Below are positions 1 to 11,779 of a DNA stretch of 64,000 bases, in pieces. This DNA comes from Alphaproteobacteria bacterium (GTDB lineage Bacteria; Pseudomonadota; Alphaproteobacteria; Micavibrionales; UBA2020): NCBI GenBank assembly GCA_035437825.1, contig DAOMYX010000001.1, forward strand, positions 113,220 to 177,219. Direction: 5' to 3'. Both the position numbers and the translations under genes were made by a program. The first letter of the stretch is position 1. Every line of letters begins with the position of its first letter. The notes beneath the pieces were generated by a model. That model ran no database searches and had not been told where the DNA came from. It was given only the letters and a program-made list of their open reading frames with translations.

Positions 1-1062
1 GCTGTCCTGATGCAATTCTTCGGCATAACTGCGGTGTTTCAGCATGGTGCACAGGCGGTCGATATCCGCGCTGTTCTCCTTGATGATTTTTTCGGCAAAA
101 CGCTCGAGCGCCTTGAGGTTTTCCGCGCTTGAATCGTCCATTGTCGGCGTCGGGTCCTGCGGGTCGGCTTCGCGGTTGATGAAACCGTCGAAGCTGAGCA
201 TACGCTCCCCCAGTTCATCGCGCACATCGTCCGCGATGTCTTCGGCGTTGATGCTGGTCGCAAGCGAGATGAGCAGGTTGCCGCTGGATTTGCTGACAAG
301 GCCGATGGGGCCGAGCTTGTTGAATTCCTCCGGCGACAGACTGTGGTCAACGTTGCCGGTGCCGACATGTACCATGACAATTTCCGCATCAGGCGGGGCG
401 AGTTTTTTGGCCTGCGTCAGCATGCGGCGCATCATGTTGCCCGCGAAAAATCCGCCGTCAATCAGCGCGTGGCGGTGGGTGACGTTGGGCATATCCTCGT
501 TCGGCACGGTTTTGTAATATTTCGCTGGGAAATACGTCGGCGCGGTGGTGCTGGCGCGCACGGCGTCTTTCATGGTCATCGAAGACCAACCCTCCGGCGA
601 GGGGTCTTTCTGACCTTTGAAATTGTTAATCCAGACAGGGCGGAAGTTTTTGATGTCGGTCGCCGGAATCATCAGATGCGTCAGCGAGTCTTTCATCTTC
701 GCCTCGCCGAAGCTGTTTTGCAGCGCATCTTCGAGGGGCTTGGGGTCGTACATCACGCCGCTCGAGATTTTGCGAAGCCCCTTGAATTTCATTTCGGGGA
801 AAATCTTCGGCGTGTGCTGGAAATAGAAATTTTTGATTTCAAGCGCGGAGTATTTCGGCTTGGCCGGTTCCTGCGGGTCGGGGACGGTGAGGCCGGCTGC
901 GATAATCGCGCCGGTCGAAGGGCCGCCGACAAGGTCGAACATCTCGGCAATCGGCTTGCCGGTGCGCTCTTCGATTTCCTGAAGCACACGGGCAGGGACA
1001 ACCCCGCGCACGCCGCCGCCATCAATGCACAAAACCGTAAAGATGCGTTTTTTGTTTTCCAT
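1..1062 (-). CDS. Patatin-like phospholipase (C-terminal end runs off the left edge)
   Basis: Not in the ORF track because there is no stop in the window. Manual minus-strand translation from the ATG at 1062 gives MENKKRIFTVLCIDGGGVRGVVPARVLQEIEERTGKPIAEMFDLVGGPSTGAIIAAGL (GGGxRG oxyanion box, G-x-S-x-G nucleophile elbow), and later HALIDGGFFAGN (catalytic Asp in DGG). The frame stays open to nt 1. ORFs 44..517(+) and 343..1080(+) are its shadows. Confidence 0.85.
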   Translation of the reverse strand, partial: MENKKRIFTVLCIDGGGVRGVVPARVLQEIEERTGKPIAEMFDLVGGPSTGAIIAAGLTVPDPQEPAKPKYSALEIKNFYFQHTPKIFPEMKFKGLRKISSGVMYDPKPLEDALQNSFGEAKMKDSLTHLMIPATDIKNFRPVWINNFKGQKDPSPEGWSSMTMKDAVRASTTAPTYFPAKYYKTVPNEDMPNVTHRHALIDGGFFAGNMMRRMLTQAKKLAPPDAEIVMVHVGTGNVDHSLSPEEFNKLGPIGLVSKSSGNLLISLATSINAEDIADDVRDELGERMLSFDGFINREADPQDPTPTMDDSSAENLKALERFAEKIIKENSADIDRLCTMLKHRSYAEELHQDS

Positions 1063-1504
1063 CGTGCTGGGCACCCGTGACTGGGCCGTAGCCCCGCTTA
1101 CGGGGAATACGGCAGTGATTTCAACGATAAACACACACCCTGTTCAGGCTTGTATATGGCGAGAACAGGAACGAGTGTATTGAAATTTACGAAAGGAGTC
1201 AGCCCCTAAAATCGTATTATGTGTACAAAAATGAGTGTAATTTTATTGCTTATTTGCCGATATCAAAGATTTTTCGATAATTTGAGCTAATTTTAACAAA
1301 AGATTAATCATAATGTTTAATCATGGGGTTAGGTACTTTTCTTTGCCTCCTTCTTGTCATGATTTGGGTGACAAACGCCGCCGATTGGGGGATAAATCGG
1401 CAAGGCTCTGTGGGGGGCTCGCATAACAGGGGATTTCTACTTTGCAGTCGGGCGCAAAGAATCAAAAATTGCAAGATGACGACACATCGTCGTCACAGGG
1501 CGGG

Positions 1505-4016
<2,512 letters not shown>

Positions 4017-4024
<8 letters not shown>

Positions 4025-4628
4025 AATCGCTAAAGCCGCTGTCTTCGTCGTCCGCCGCGAAATCGAGCGCCTGACGTGCGATGTCATAGCTGAACCCGCC
4101 GCGCGCCATGATGCCCATCTCCCGCGCCTGCTGCTTACGCCGGAGCAGCGGGTCGCTTTCCGGCTTTTGGTTAAAGCGGCCGATTTTACGTTTGCGCGCC
4201 AGTTTCAGCGCGGCGGCAAGTTCGGCGGGCAGGTCATCTGCCGCGCGTTCCCCATCCACGCTTTCAAGTGCCTTTTGGATGGTATCCGGGGCAAGGCCTT
4301 TGGATTTCAGGTTGGCTGAAATAGCCTGCCGAGATTTGCCCTGCCGCCGCAGGCTGGCCGTGCGCCCCTCGGCATAGAGGGTATCGTTCAAAAGGCCGCT
4401 TTTTTCGTAGCGTGCCACCAAATCATCGATAACCGGATAGAATTCATCCGCCGCCGTCCCGTGGAACAGGCAGGAGCGGTCAACCTTGCGCGTCAGCACC
4501 CGCCGCAGGTTTCCGGCCGAACTGGCATAGCGCTGCAAATAGTAAAGCGCCGCATTTTCCAAATAACGCGGTGTAATTTTGCGCGGGGTGCGCTTTTTTT
4601 TCTGGTCTTTGGCTGGCTTTTTGTCCAT
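4017..4628 (-). CDS. recX: Recombination regulator RecX
   Basis: 203 aa with a RecX-like N-terminus PRKITPRYLENAALYYLQRYASSAGNLRRVLTRKV. It converges on the kinase gene and overlaps its 3' end by 8 nt. Confidence 0.8.
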
Positions 4629-4658
4629 TTTCGACCATCTATGCTAGGATAGGACGCT

Positions 4659-5621
4659 ATGGCTATTCGTATCAAAAAAGACGGCACTGAACAATCGGGA
4701 CTGGTGGACGATAACGTCGTCCAGCCCTTCCGGCTGGAAAAAACCAATGTGCGCGGCCGCATGGTGCGCATGGGGGATGTTCTTGCGCGTATTATGACGC
4801 AGCATAACTACCCGCCCGCGGTCTCCGGCCTGCTCAGCGAGGTCACGGCGCTTTGCCTGCTGCTCAGCGCCATGCTCAAGTACGAGGGGGTATTCACCCT
4901 GCAAATCAAGGGCGACGGCCCTATCCGGATGCTGGTTGCCGATGTGACGCATCTGGGCGAGGTGCGCGCCTATGCCAGTTTTGACGAACAGGGTGTCAAG
5001 AAACTCGCCAAACGCAAAAAAGATACCGAAAACGGCCATTACCACCTTTTGGGCAAAGGTTATATCGCCTTCACGGTTGACCAGGGGCAGGTTGAAAACC
5101 GCTATCAGGGGATTGTCGAGCTGAAGGGCGACAGCATTGTCGAGGCGGTTCAGCATTACCTGACGCAGTCGGAGCAGATTAAGACCTCTTTCAAACTGGC
5201 TGTGCATCCGCAAGATGGCCAGTGGCGCGCAGGCGCGATTATGATACAGCAAATGCCCGAAGACGATGCGGGGCGCAAGGTTGCGGCCGAGGTTTCGCTC
5301 GACGACTGGGCGCGGGCGGTCATGCTGCTGGATACCTGTTCGGACGGGGAGATTTTGTCGCCCGCACTGCATTCTGCCGATGTGCTTTACCGCCTTTTCA
5401 ACGAAGACGGCGTGCGTGTTTATTCGCCCACGCATCTGCGTTTCAAATGCCGCTGTTCGCGCCACCGTGTGGAGGATATTCTGCGCACCATTCCGCGCGC
5501 GGAGCTGGAGGATATCTGCCAGAAAGAAGGGCATGTATCGATTAAGTGCGAGTTTTGCAGCGAAGAATATCTCTTCAACAGCAACGAGCTCGACGACGTC
5601 TATGAGGAGAAAAACACATGA
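4659..5621 (+). CDS. hslO: Redox-regulated chaperone Hsp33
   Basis: 320 aa. The C-terminal zinc/redox switch has paired cysteines: FKCRCSRHRV ... SIKCEFCSEEY. Confidence 0.9.
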   Translation: MAIRIKKDGTEQSGLVDDNVVQPFRLEKTNVRGRMVRMGDVLARIMTQHNYPPAVSGLLSEVTALCLLLSAMLKYEGVFTLQIKGDGPIRMLVADVTHLGEVRAYASFDEQGVKKLAKRKKDTENGHYHLLGKGYIAFTVDQGQVENRYQGIVELKGDSIVEAVQHYLTQSEQIKTSFKLAVHPQDGQWRAGAIMIQQMPEDDAGRKVAAEVSLDDWARAVMLLDTCSDGEILSPALHSADVLYRLFNEDGVRVYSPTHLRFKCRCSRHRVEDILRTIPRAELEDICQKEGHVSIKCEFCSEEYLFNSNELDDVYEEKNT

Positions 5622-6226
5622 TGAAAACCTTTTTTGCACGCCGCCGTTTTATGGGGCTGGCCGCGGGCTTTGCCGCTGTGCTGATGCTGTCGGGCTGCCT
5701 GACGTCAAACGTCGCTAACGAATGGCCGGATATCGCCTATGGCAAGACGCCTGCCGTGCGCGTCAATGCTGCGCGTCTGGATATTCAGGATGCTTACCGT
5801 GCCCCCATGGGCGCGCCGAACGTTGACCACTTGTTCAAGGTTACGCCATCTGTTGCGGCGCAAACGCTGGCCAGCCGTCAGGTCGTACCTGTCGGGTCTG
5901 CGGGGGTGATGCGCGTGATTGTGGAGGATGCTTCCGTCCGCCGCTCCACCTTGCCGCCGAAAGAAGGCATGCTGGGACTTTTCCCGACCGAACCCGACGA
6001 GCAGTTTGACGCCCGCGTTGCCCTGAGATTCGAATTGGCGGATGAAGCCGCGCCGGATATCGTTATCGGCCGCGCCAGCGTCGTGGCCACGCGCGAGCGC
6101 ACGCTTGCGGGCGGCGCAACGCTCGCGCAGCGTGAAAAGGCCTATCATGACATCGTGCAGGCGCTGGTTGATGATTTGTCGCAAGGTATCGGCACAACGG
6201 TGGGCAGCACTTTCGGCCAGCAATAA
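5618..6226 (+). CDS. Hypothetical lipoprotein
   Basis: 202 aa. N-terminus MMKTFFARRRFMGLAAGFAAVLMLSGC carries a lipobox (LSGC). Its ATG overlaps the hslO stop (ATGA), suggesting translational coupling. Confidence 0.6.
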   Translation: MMKTFFARRRFMGLAAGFAAVLMLSGCLTSNVANEWPDIAYGKTPAVRVNAARLDIQDAYRAPMGAPNVDHLFKVTPSVAAQTLASRQVVPVGSAGVMRVIVEDASVRRSTLPPKEGMLGLFPTEPDEQFDARVALRFELADEAAPDIVIGRASVVATRERTLAGGATLAQREKAYHDIVQALVDDLSQGIGTTVGSTFGQQ

Positions 6227-6243
6227 ACCGTTACGGTTCGCAT

Positions 6244-6280
6244 AAAAAAGCCGGTGTCAAAAAATTGCACCGGCTTTTTT
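6244..6280. terminator. Bidirectional rho-independent terminator between convergent genes
   Basis: aaaaaaGCCGGTGtcaaaaaattgCACCGGCtttttt: a GC-rich stem flanked by an A-run and a T-run. Confidence 0.6.
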
Positions 6281-6300
6281 ATGTGCGTTTCTACAGTGTT

Positions 6301-7743
6301 TTAATCGCGCCAGAAACGCGGGGCGAGCAGGACGAACATTGTCAAAAATTCCATCCGTCCCAGCAGCATGGCAATAGACAAAATCCATATCGCGTCTGCA
6401 TCCAGCGTGGCGAAAGTGCCGGAAGGGCCGATAATAGGGCCGAGACCCGGGCCGACGTTGCTGACCGCCGAAATCGCGCCCGACACCGCCGTGGTAAAAT
6501 CAAGCCCCGTCAGGTGCAAAAGGATGGTGACGGCCATCCAGGTCAGGATATGCACAAAGAAAAACACGGCAACCGACATCAGCACGTCGTTATCGACGAC
6601 TTTATTGTTGTAATGCACCTGAAACACGCCATGCGGCACGATAAGCCTGCGCACCTGCTGTTGCACCATCGCCCAGAGGATTTGCAGACGGAAGGTCTTG
6701 ATACCGCCAGCGGTTGAGCCTGAACAGGCGCCGAGATACATCGCGACAAAGGCGACGCCTTCGGCCAGCGGCCCCCACTTGCTGTAATCGCCGCTGGCAA
6801 AGCCGCTGGTGGTCATCAGCGTCGTCAGCATGAAAATAGAGCTGCGCACAGCGTCAAAGAAAGTCTTTTGCCCCGTCCAGAGCAGGAAAAACGCCACAAT
6901 CATCGAAAGCGAGAGCAAAATGCCGAAAAAGGCGCGCACCTGCGCATCGTCAACGACGGCGCGGCCGTTGCCTTTGAGCATGCGCACATACTGCACGAAG
7001 GGCAGCGCGCCCAGCCACATGAAAACGATAACAATCCAGTCGATAGTGGGGCTGTTGAAATGACCGATGGAGGCATCGTAATTGGCGAAGCCGCCCGTCG
7101 CCACCGACGTCATGGCGTGGCAGAAAGCGTCGAACAGCGACATGTCGGCTGCAAACAGCAAAAGCGCGCAGGCCAGCGTCAGCACGAAATACAGGGTCAG
7201 GATATAAAGCGCCATTTGCTGGGCACTCGGCAGAACCTTTTCCATGCCGAAGGACTGGGTTTTAAAAATCTGCATCCCCGATACCTGCAGGAGCGGCAGG
7301 ACGGCCAGCGCGACGACCAAGAAGCCGATACCCCCCAGCCATTGCAGCATGGCGCGCCAGAGCAAAATGCCCTTGGGCAGATCATCCAACCCCGTAATCA
7401 CCGTCGCGCCCGTGGTGGTCAGTCCGGACATTGCTTCGAAAAATGCGCGGGTATAGGACAGCTGAATTTCGGCAAAACAGAAAGGCAGCGCGGCGAAGGC
7501 CGTCATAAAAATCCAGCTGATGGACGCAAGGACAAATGTCTGGCGCAGGTTGAGCGCAAAGGATTTTTCGCGGTTTGAAAAAATGAGGGCAAAGCCGACA
7601 AAGGCGGTAATCAGCTGGGCGCTTGCAAAGACTTTCCAATCGCCGCTTTCATGTGCAAGGTCCACAAGCGCGGGCAACAACATCGCGGCGGACAGGATGA
7701 GCAGCAGGATGCCGATGATATAAAAAACGGGTTTGAAGCTCAT
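6301..7743 (-). CDS. trkH: Trk-type potassium uptake protein TrkH
   Basis: 480-aa polytopic protein with four P-loop-like glycine motifs (LTTTGATV, VATGGFAN, MTTSGFASGD, VSNVGPGLGP), typical of the TrkH/KtrB family. Confidence 0.9.
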   Translation of the reverse strand: MSFKPVFYIIGILLLILSAAMLLPALVDLAHESGDWKVFASAQLITAFVGFALIFSNREKSFALNLRQTFVLASISWIFMTAFAALPFCFAEIQLSYTRAFFEAMSGLTTTGATVITGLDDLPKGILLWRAMLQWLGGIGFLVVALAVLPLLQVSGMQIFKTQSFGMEKVLPSAQQMALYILTLYFVLTLACALLLFAADMSLFDAFCHAMTSVATGGFANYDASIGHFNSPTIDWIVIVFMWLGALPFVQYVRMLKGNGRAVVDDAQVRAFFGILLSLSMIVAFFLLWTGQKTFFDAVRSSIFMLTTLMTTSGFASGDYSKWGPLAEGVAFVAMYLGACSGSTAGGIKTFRLQILWAMVQQQVRRLIVPHGVFQVHYNNKVVDNDVLMSVAVFFFVHILTWMAVTILLHLTGLDFTTAVSGAISAVSNVGPGLGPIIGPSGTFATLDADAIWILSIAMLLGRMEFLTMFVLLAPRFWRD

Positions 7744-7764
7744 GCCGCGCGCATCCTCGTTTTC

Positions 7765-8184
7765 CTAGTTGATTTGCCGCGGCGTATCGGGCGCGTCCAG
7801 CGAAAAGGCGGGAATGTCGATATCGACCATGCGGCCATCCGCCGTTTCCATGGCATAGCTGCCCATCATGATGCCGCTGGGCGTCGAAAGGGGCGTGCCG
7901 CTGGTATATTCAAAACTTTCGCCGGGATTCAAAAGCGGCTGTTCGCCCACAACACCGGGGCCGCGCACTTCCTGCACACGGCCAAGCGCGTCGGTGATTT
8001 TCCAGTGACGGGTGCGCAGCTGCAAGGACTCCGTCCCTTTGTTTTCGATTTTGACCGTGTAGGCCCAGACAAAAATGCTTTTGTCTGGCACGGACTCGCC
8101 GTCCAGGTAAACGGGGTTGACCGAAACGGTGACGTTATGCGTGGTGCTGGAATACATGGACTGGCCGGACTGTTTGAAAGACAT
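7765..8184 (-). CDS. apaG: ApaG (DUF525) protein
   Basis: ApaG-like sequence VSVNPVYLDGESVPDKSIFVWAYTVKIENKGTESLQLRTRHWKITDALGRVQEVRGPGVVGEQPLLNPGESFEYTSG. I chose the ATG at 8184 because the longer TTG-started ORF (to 8247) would run through the upstream gene's terminator hairpin. Confidence 0.85.
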   Translation of the reverse strand: MSFKQSGQSMYSSTTHNVTVSVNPVYLDGESVPDKSIFVWAYTVKIENKGTESLQLRTRHWKITDALGRVQEVRGPGVVGEQPLLNPGESFEYTSGTPLSTPSGIMMGSYAMETADGRMVDIDIPAFSLDAPDTPRQIN

Positions 8185-8205
8185 GACATCATATCCGATT
8201 GACGC

Positions 8206-8237
8206 AAAAAAGAAAACCGGCCAGTTGCCCGGCCGGT
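8206..8237 (-). terminator. Rho-independent terminator of the OmpA-family gene
   Basis: Minus strand reads ACCGGCCgggcaactGGCCGGTtttctttttt immediately after the stop at 8278. Confidence 0.55.
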
Positions 8238-8277
8238 CTTCTTTCAAGTCTGCGTCTCTCGATGCAGCGCGCGAGGA

Positions 8278-9171
8278 TTACTCGAGCGTGATTTGAGCGC
8301 GGCGGTTAGCCGGTTCGCGGACACCGTCTGCCGTCTGGACGAGCAGGTCGGTTTTACCGCGGCCTTCGGCGCGCAGTTTGGCTGCATCCACGCCGCGTGC
8401 AATCAGACCGTTTTTGACGGCTTCTGCACGGCGCAGGGACAGTTTTTGGTTGTAGTTGTTACCGCCCGACGTATCCGTATGGCCGACAACAACGATGCCG
8501 TTGATGTCTTTGCGGCTGCGGATTTCCTGTGCAACGGCGTCAAGAACGTCGTTTGCGCTGGCGGTGATGTCGTTTTTGTCCCAATCGAAGAACACGATGA
8601 ACATCGCTTGTTCGACGGCAACCGGTTCGCCTTTCGGCATTTCGGTCACGGGGGCAGGGAAGGCCTCTTCAACAGGCTTTTTGCCAACAACGTCTTGCAG
8701 CGCTTTCAGCGCGTCAGCGAACTGGGTTTTGCAAGGAACGTCTTTGCTCCAGCTTTCTTCCTGCTGTTCTACCCAGCAGTCGAATTTCGCTTGCGCGACG
8801 CCGGCTTTGTCGGACGCGAGTTCGCGGCCGCCGTTTTCAAGCGCGTCAACGAGGTCGGCGCGGGCTTGGGTCAGGTCAACGATGTTTTTGTCGCTGAGAT
8901 CCCAGTCATCCAGAGTTTCCGGCATAACGACAACGCCGCTGGCAGAGGCGAGGCCTTTGCGTGCGAAGTGCAGGGCGTCAGCGTGATCCATGAATTGGTT
9001 TTGTTTCATGTTGGCATAGTCGCGGTATTCCGCAGCCAGCGTTTTGGTGAAGGGAGAGCCGACGGCTTGCGCTTTGTTCAGCGCGTCAACGGTCGAGTTG
9101 CTCGCCGCGCCAGAGCAGGCGGCGATAAGCAGCACGCCCATCAGGCAGATGACTTGTTTGACCAACTTCAT
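8278..9171 (-). CDS. OmpA-family lipoprotein (peptidoglycan-binding C-terminal domain)
   Basis: Start taken at MKLVKQVICLMGVLLIAACSG (lipobox). The C-terminus is OmpA-like: VVVGHTDTSGGNNYNQKLSLRRAEAVKNGLIARGV...REPANRRAQITLE. Confidence 0.8.
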   Translation of the reverse strand: MKLVKQVICLMGVLLIAACSGAASNSTVDALNKAQAVGSPFTKTLAAEYRDYANMKQNQFMDHADALHFARKGLASASGVVVMPETLDDWDLSDKNIVDLTQARADLVDALENGGRELASDKAGVAQAKFDCWVEQQEESWSKDVPCKTQFADALKALQDVVGKKPVEEAFPAPVTEMPKGEPVAVEQAMFIVFFDWDKNDITASANDVLDAVAQEIRSRKDINGIVVVGHTDTSGGNNYNQKLSLRRAEAVKNGLIARGVDAAKLRAEGRGKTDLLVQTADGVREPANRRAQITLE

Positions 9172-9443
9172 AATATAAGGACTCCTTGAGACTGAGAGCA
9201 TGACTTGATGAATAATCTGAAAGGCTCCCTGCCGCATTACTTTTGCCGGCACATACTTTTGTTTGTTTTCAAAAGGATGAAATTGACTTGGGTAACGTCA
9301 GGCAGGTCAATCTTTCTTATCTTTTAAACCCGTGGGTTGTAAAGATGTTTTGTGCCGGACGGGCAAGAAAAGAATTTTTTCATAAAATATAAGCCCTTGC
9401 CAAAATCGCGGAAAAGCGTCATAAGAGGGCGTTCCTACCAAAC

Positions 9444-9519
<76 letters not shown>

Positions 9520-9674
9520 ATTTTTTCTGAAAAATTTCGATGCTTCGGTCTATCCGGCTGATTTTATTGCCATAATTATAAACTATGGCCGCGCAGGATT
9601 TTTAACACTCCCTTGGTATCATTCTCAAGCAAGCTCCGAAGGGGGGCTTGAAACAATTTTTCCGGGAGCCCGTC

Positions 9675-10358
9675 ATGTCATCCACTTCTTTCTTCTCCGC
9701 CTCCAGCGTTTCGCATCGTTTTCTGTCCACGGCGGTTTGCGCGCTGATGGTACTGGGCGTTTTTTGCACGGCAAATGCCGCAGATGCCGAAGCGCGCGAG
9801 CGCAGCCGCAGCGGCAGCTTTGCGACGGGCAACGGCCGCTCCGCCACGGTGGATACCACGCGCAACGCGGCGCGCGGCGAAGGGCGCAGCATCCAGAAGA
9901 ATATCGAGACCGGCAGCGGCCGCGCCAGCAGCGTGAACACGCAAAAGTCCTATACCAAGGGCGAAGGCACGAATACCCAAAAGAGCATCACCACCAATAA
10001 CGGTAATTCGTATGGCTATAATGCGAACCGCAGCTACGACAAGGAAACCGGCGCTTATACCAATACAGTCGAAAGCCAGAGCGGCAAGTCTGTAACCTAT
10101 TCCGGCACGGCGGGCGACGGCCAGCGTAGCGGCAGCTACACGACATCCGGCGGCAAAACCGGCAGCTACGACAACACGGTCAGCAAGACTGAAAACGGTG
10201 TCGAGACAAATCGCAGCGTCACCACCGGAAATGGCAATACCTATACCAATTCCACGACGAAATCGCATGATGCCGAAACGAATACTGTAACGCGCAGCCA
10301 CACCGGCATCCGCGGCAATACCCGCGGCGGCAGCGTTACTTACGATTTTAACAAGTAA
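9675..10358 (+). CDS. Secreted S/T/G/N-rich low-complexity protein, first gene of the ECF sigma operon
   Basis: Signal peptide MSSTSFFSASSVSHRFLSTAVCALMVLGVFCTANA. The mature part has degenerate motifs GNGRSATVDTT / GSGRASSVNTQ / TTGNGNTYTNSTT. Its stop overlaps the sigma-factor ATG (TAATG). Confidence 0.6.
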   Translation: MSSTSFFSASSVSHRFLSTAVCALMVLGVFCTANAADAEARERSRSGSFATGNGRSATVDTTRNAARGEGRSIQKNIETGSGRASSVNTQKSYTKGEGTNTQKSITTNNGNSYGYNANRSYDKETGAYTNTVESQSGKSVTYSGTAGDGQRSGSYTTSGGKTGSYDNTVSKTENGVETNRSVTTGNGNTYTNSTTKSHDAETNTVTRSHTGIRGNTRGGSVTYDFNK

Positions 10359-10948
10359 TGACATCCCCGCTGCACACAGCGCAGGAAGAAGAGGCCGCCA
10401 CAGCCGCCGACGAGGCGCTGATGGCGGCCATCGCTTTGGGCGATGCCAAAGCCTACGACAAACTGGTGCGTCGGCATTTGAAACGCGCCTATAACGTCGC
10501 CTACGGCATGCTCTATAATGCGGCAGATGCGCAGGATGCGGCGCAGGACGCCATGATGCGCGTCTGGATATATGCCCCGACCTGGCGCGCTGGGGAATCT
10601 GCCGTCACGACGTGGCTGCACCGCATTGTTGTGAATTGCTGCTACGATTTTTTGCGTAAAAAATCGCGCCAGCCGCAGGGTGGCGAGGTTTCTGTCGATA
10701 TAGAGGATATGACGGCAAACACAGAGCAAGGATATGCGGACGCCGAAAAGAAAAAGCGTCTGCGCGCCATGCTCCGCAGTTTGCCGGAGCGGCAGCGGAT
10801 GGCGGTAACCCTGTGTTACCTTGAAGAGATGAGCAATGCCGAAGCCGCCGCGGTGATGGGCGTGCATATCAAGGCGCTCGAGGGACTTCTGGTCAGGGCG
10901 CGGCGGGCATTGAAGCCGATGCTCGAGGCGCTGGCTGACAAAGAGTAA
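10358..10948 (+). CDS. ECF-type RNA polymerase sigma-70 factor
   Basis: Region 2: LVRRHLKRAYNVAYGMLYNAADAQDAAQDAMMRVW ... WLHRIVVNCCYDFLRKK. Region 4: LPERQRMAVTLCYLEEMSNAEAAAVMGVHIKALEGLLVRARRAL. Confidence 0.9.
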   Translation: MTSPLHTAQEEEAATAADEALMAAIALGDAKAYDKLVRRHLKRAYNVAYGMLYNAADAQDAAQDAMMRVWIYAPTWRAGESAVTTWLHRIVVNCCYDFLRKKSRQPQGGEVSVDIEDMTANTEQGYADAEKKKRLRAMLRSLPERQRMAVTLCYLEEMSNAEAAAVMGVHIKALEGLLVRARRALKPMLEALADKE

Positions 10949-10966
10949 GAAACGGAGGCATAAAAG

Positions 10967-11317
10967 ATGAGCAAACGCGAAGAACAGGATAAGGAAGATG
11001 CGCTGATGCGGCAATTCAGTTTGCTGCGCGAAGACGCACCCGAAGACCTTCATGCCCGCATCGTGCAGGTGGCAACCGCGATGCCGCAGCGCAAAGTGGC
11101 CGAGACCGCGCCGCAAGCCGGATGGACGGCATGGCTGGCGACGCTTTTGCCGGATATGCGTATGGGTATGGCCTTTGCCTGCACCGTTCTGGCGCTGGTG
11201 GCGCTGCTGGGGGTGCATGTGGGGCAGCTGCAACAAACGGCGCCGCAGGGCGAAGAAGACGCGGCGGTTATTTTTTCAATGATTGACGGCAACATTGGCT
11301 GGGAGGAATGGTCATGA
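10967..11317 (+). CDS. Putative membrane anti-sigma factor (call by position only)
   Basis: 116 aa with a single TM (MGMAFACTVLALVALLGV), directly downstream of the ECF sigma gene. No zinc-binding HxxxCxxC motif. Confidence 0.45.
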   Translation: MSKREEQDKEDALMRQFSLLREDAPEDLHARIVQVATAMPQRKVAETAPQAGWTAWLATLLPDMRMGMAFACTVLALVALLGVHVGQLQQTAPQGEEDAAVIFSMIDGNIGWEEWS

Positions 11318-11766
11318 GCGAGAATTCTTGCAAGAAAAATTTCTGGATTTATACGGTTCTGTTTTTGTCCATCGTCGGCAACGTCTTTATGGCGGGCATC
11401 TTGGCGGGGCGCTATGGCATGCCGCCGGTGGCGCAGCGGATGGAACGCGCGGCCGAAGCCGTGAAAAGCTTCCGCAGCCTGCCGCCCGAAACGCGCGACA
11501 AGGTTAAAACCGTGTTGAAAAAAGAATTGCCGCAGGTGCGTGAAATGCTGGGCGATATCCGCGAAAAACGTGGCAACGTGCGCAGCGTACTGGAACAAAA
11601 AGACTACGACAAAGCCACTTTGCAAAAAGCCTTCGACGAGCTTTATAAATCCGTCGATGCGCTGCAGCTGCATGGCCAGAAAATCGTGGTCGATATGGCG
11701 GAAAGCCTGACACCGGAAGAGCGCGTCGCCTTGCTCAAAGCCATGCCCAAACCGCCCGGGCTTTGA
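11314..11766 (+). CDS. Periplasmic Spy/CpxP-like (heavy-metal-sensor family) protein
   Basis: N-terminal hydrophobic anchor/signal, a helical charged body, and an LTxxQ-like motif (LTPEERVALLKAM). ATG 11314 follows GGGAGGA and overlaps the upstream stop (ATGA). Confidence 0.55.
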   Translation: MSENSCKKNFWIYTVLFLSIVGNVFMAGILAGRYGMPPVAQRMERAAEAVKSFRSLPPETRDKVKTVLKKELPQVREMLGDIREKRGNVRSVLEQKDYDKATLQKAFDELYKSVDALQLHGQKIVVDMAESLTPEERVALLKAMPKPPGL

Positions 11767-11779
11767 TAGAGGTTACGCT

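Noticed and set aside
1-1062. Patatin-like phospholipase as an effector of a defence system (CBASS-like)
   Set aside because: There is no cyclase/nucleotidyltransferase or other defence gene next to it within the window. Its neighbour is a divergent sensor kinase, and the left-hand context is outside the window.
343-1080. 245-aa plus-strand ORF and neighbours at the left edge
   Set aside because: These are shadows of the minus-strand patatin-like gene, which carries the GGGxRG / GxSxG / DGG motifs but is missing from the track because it lacks a stop in the window.
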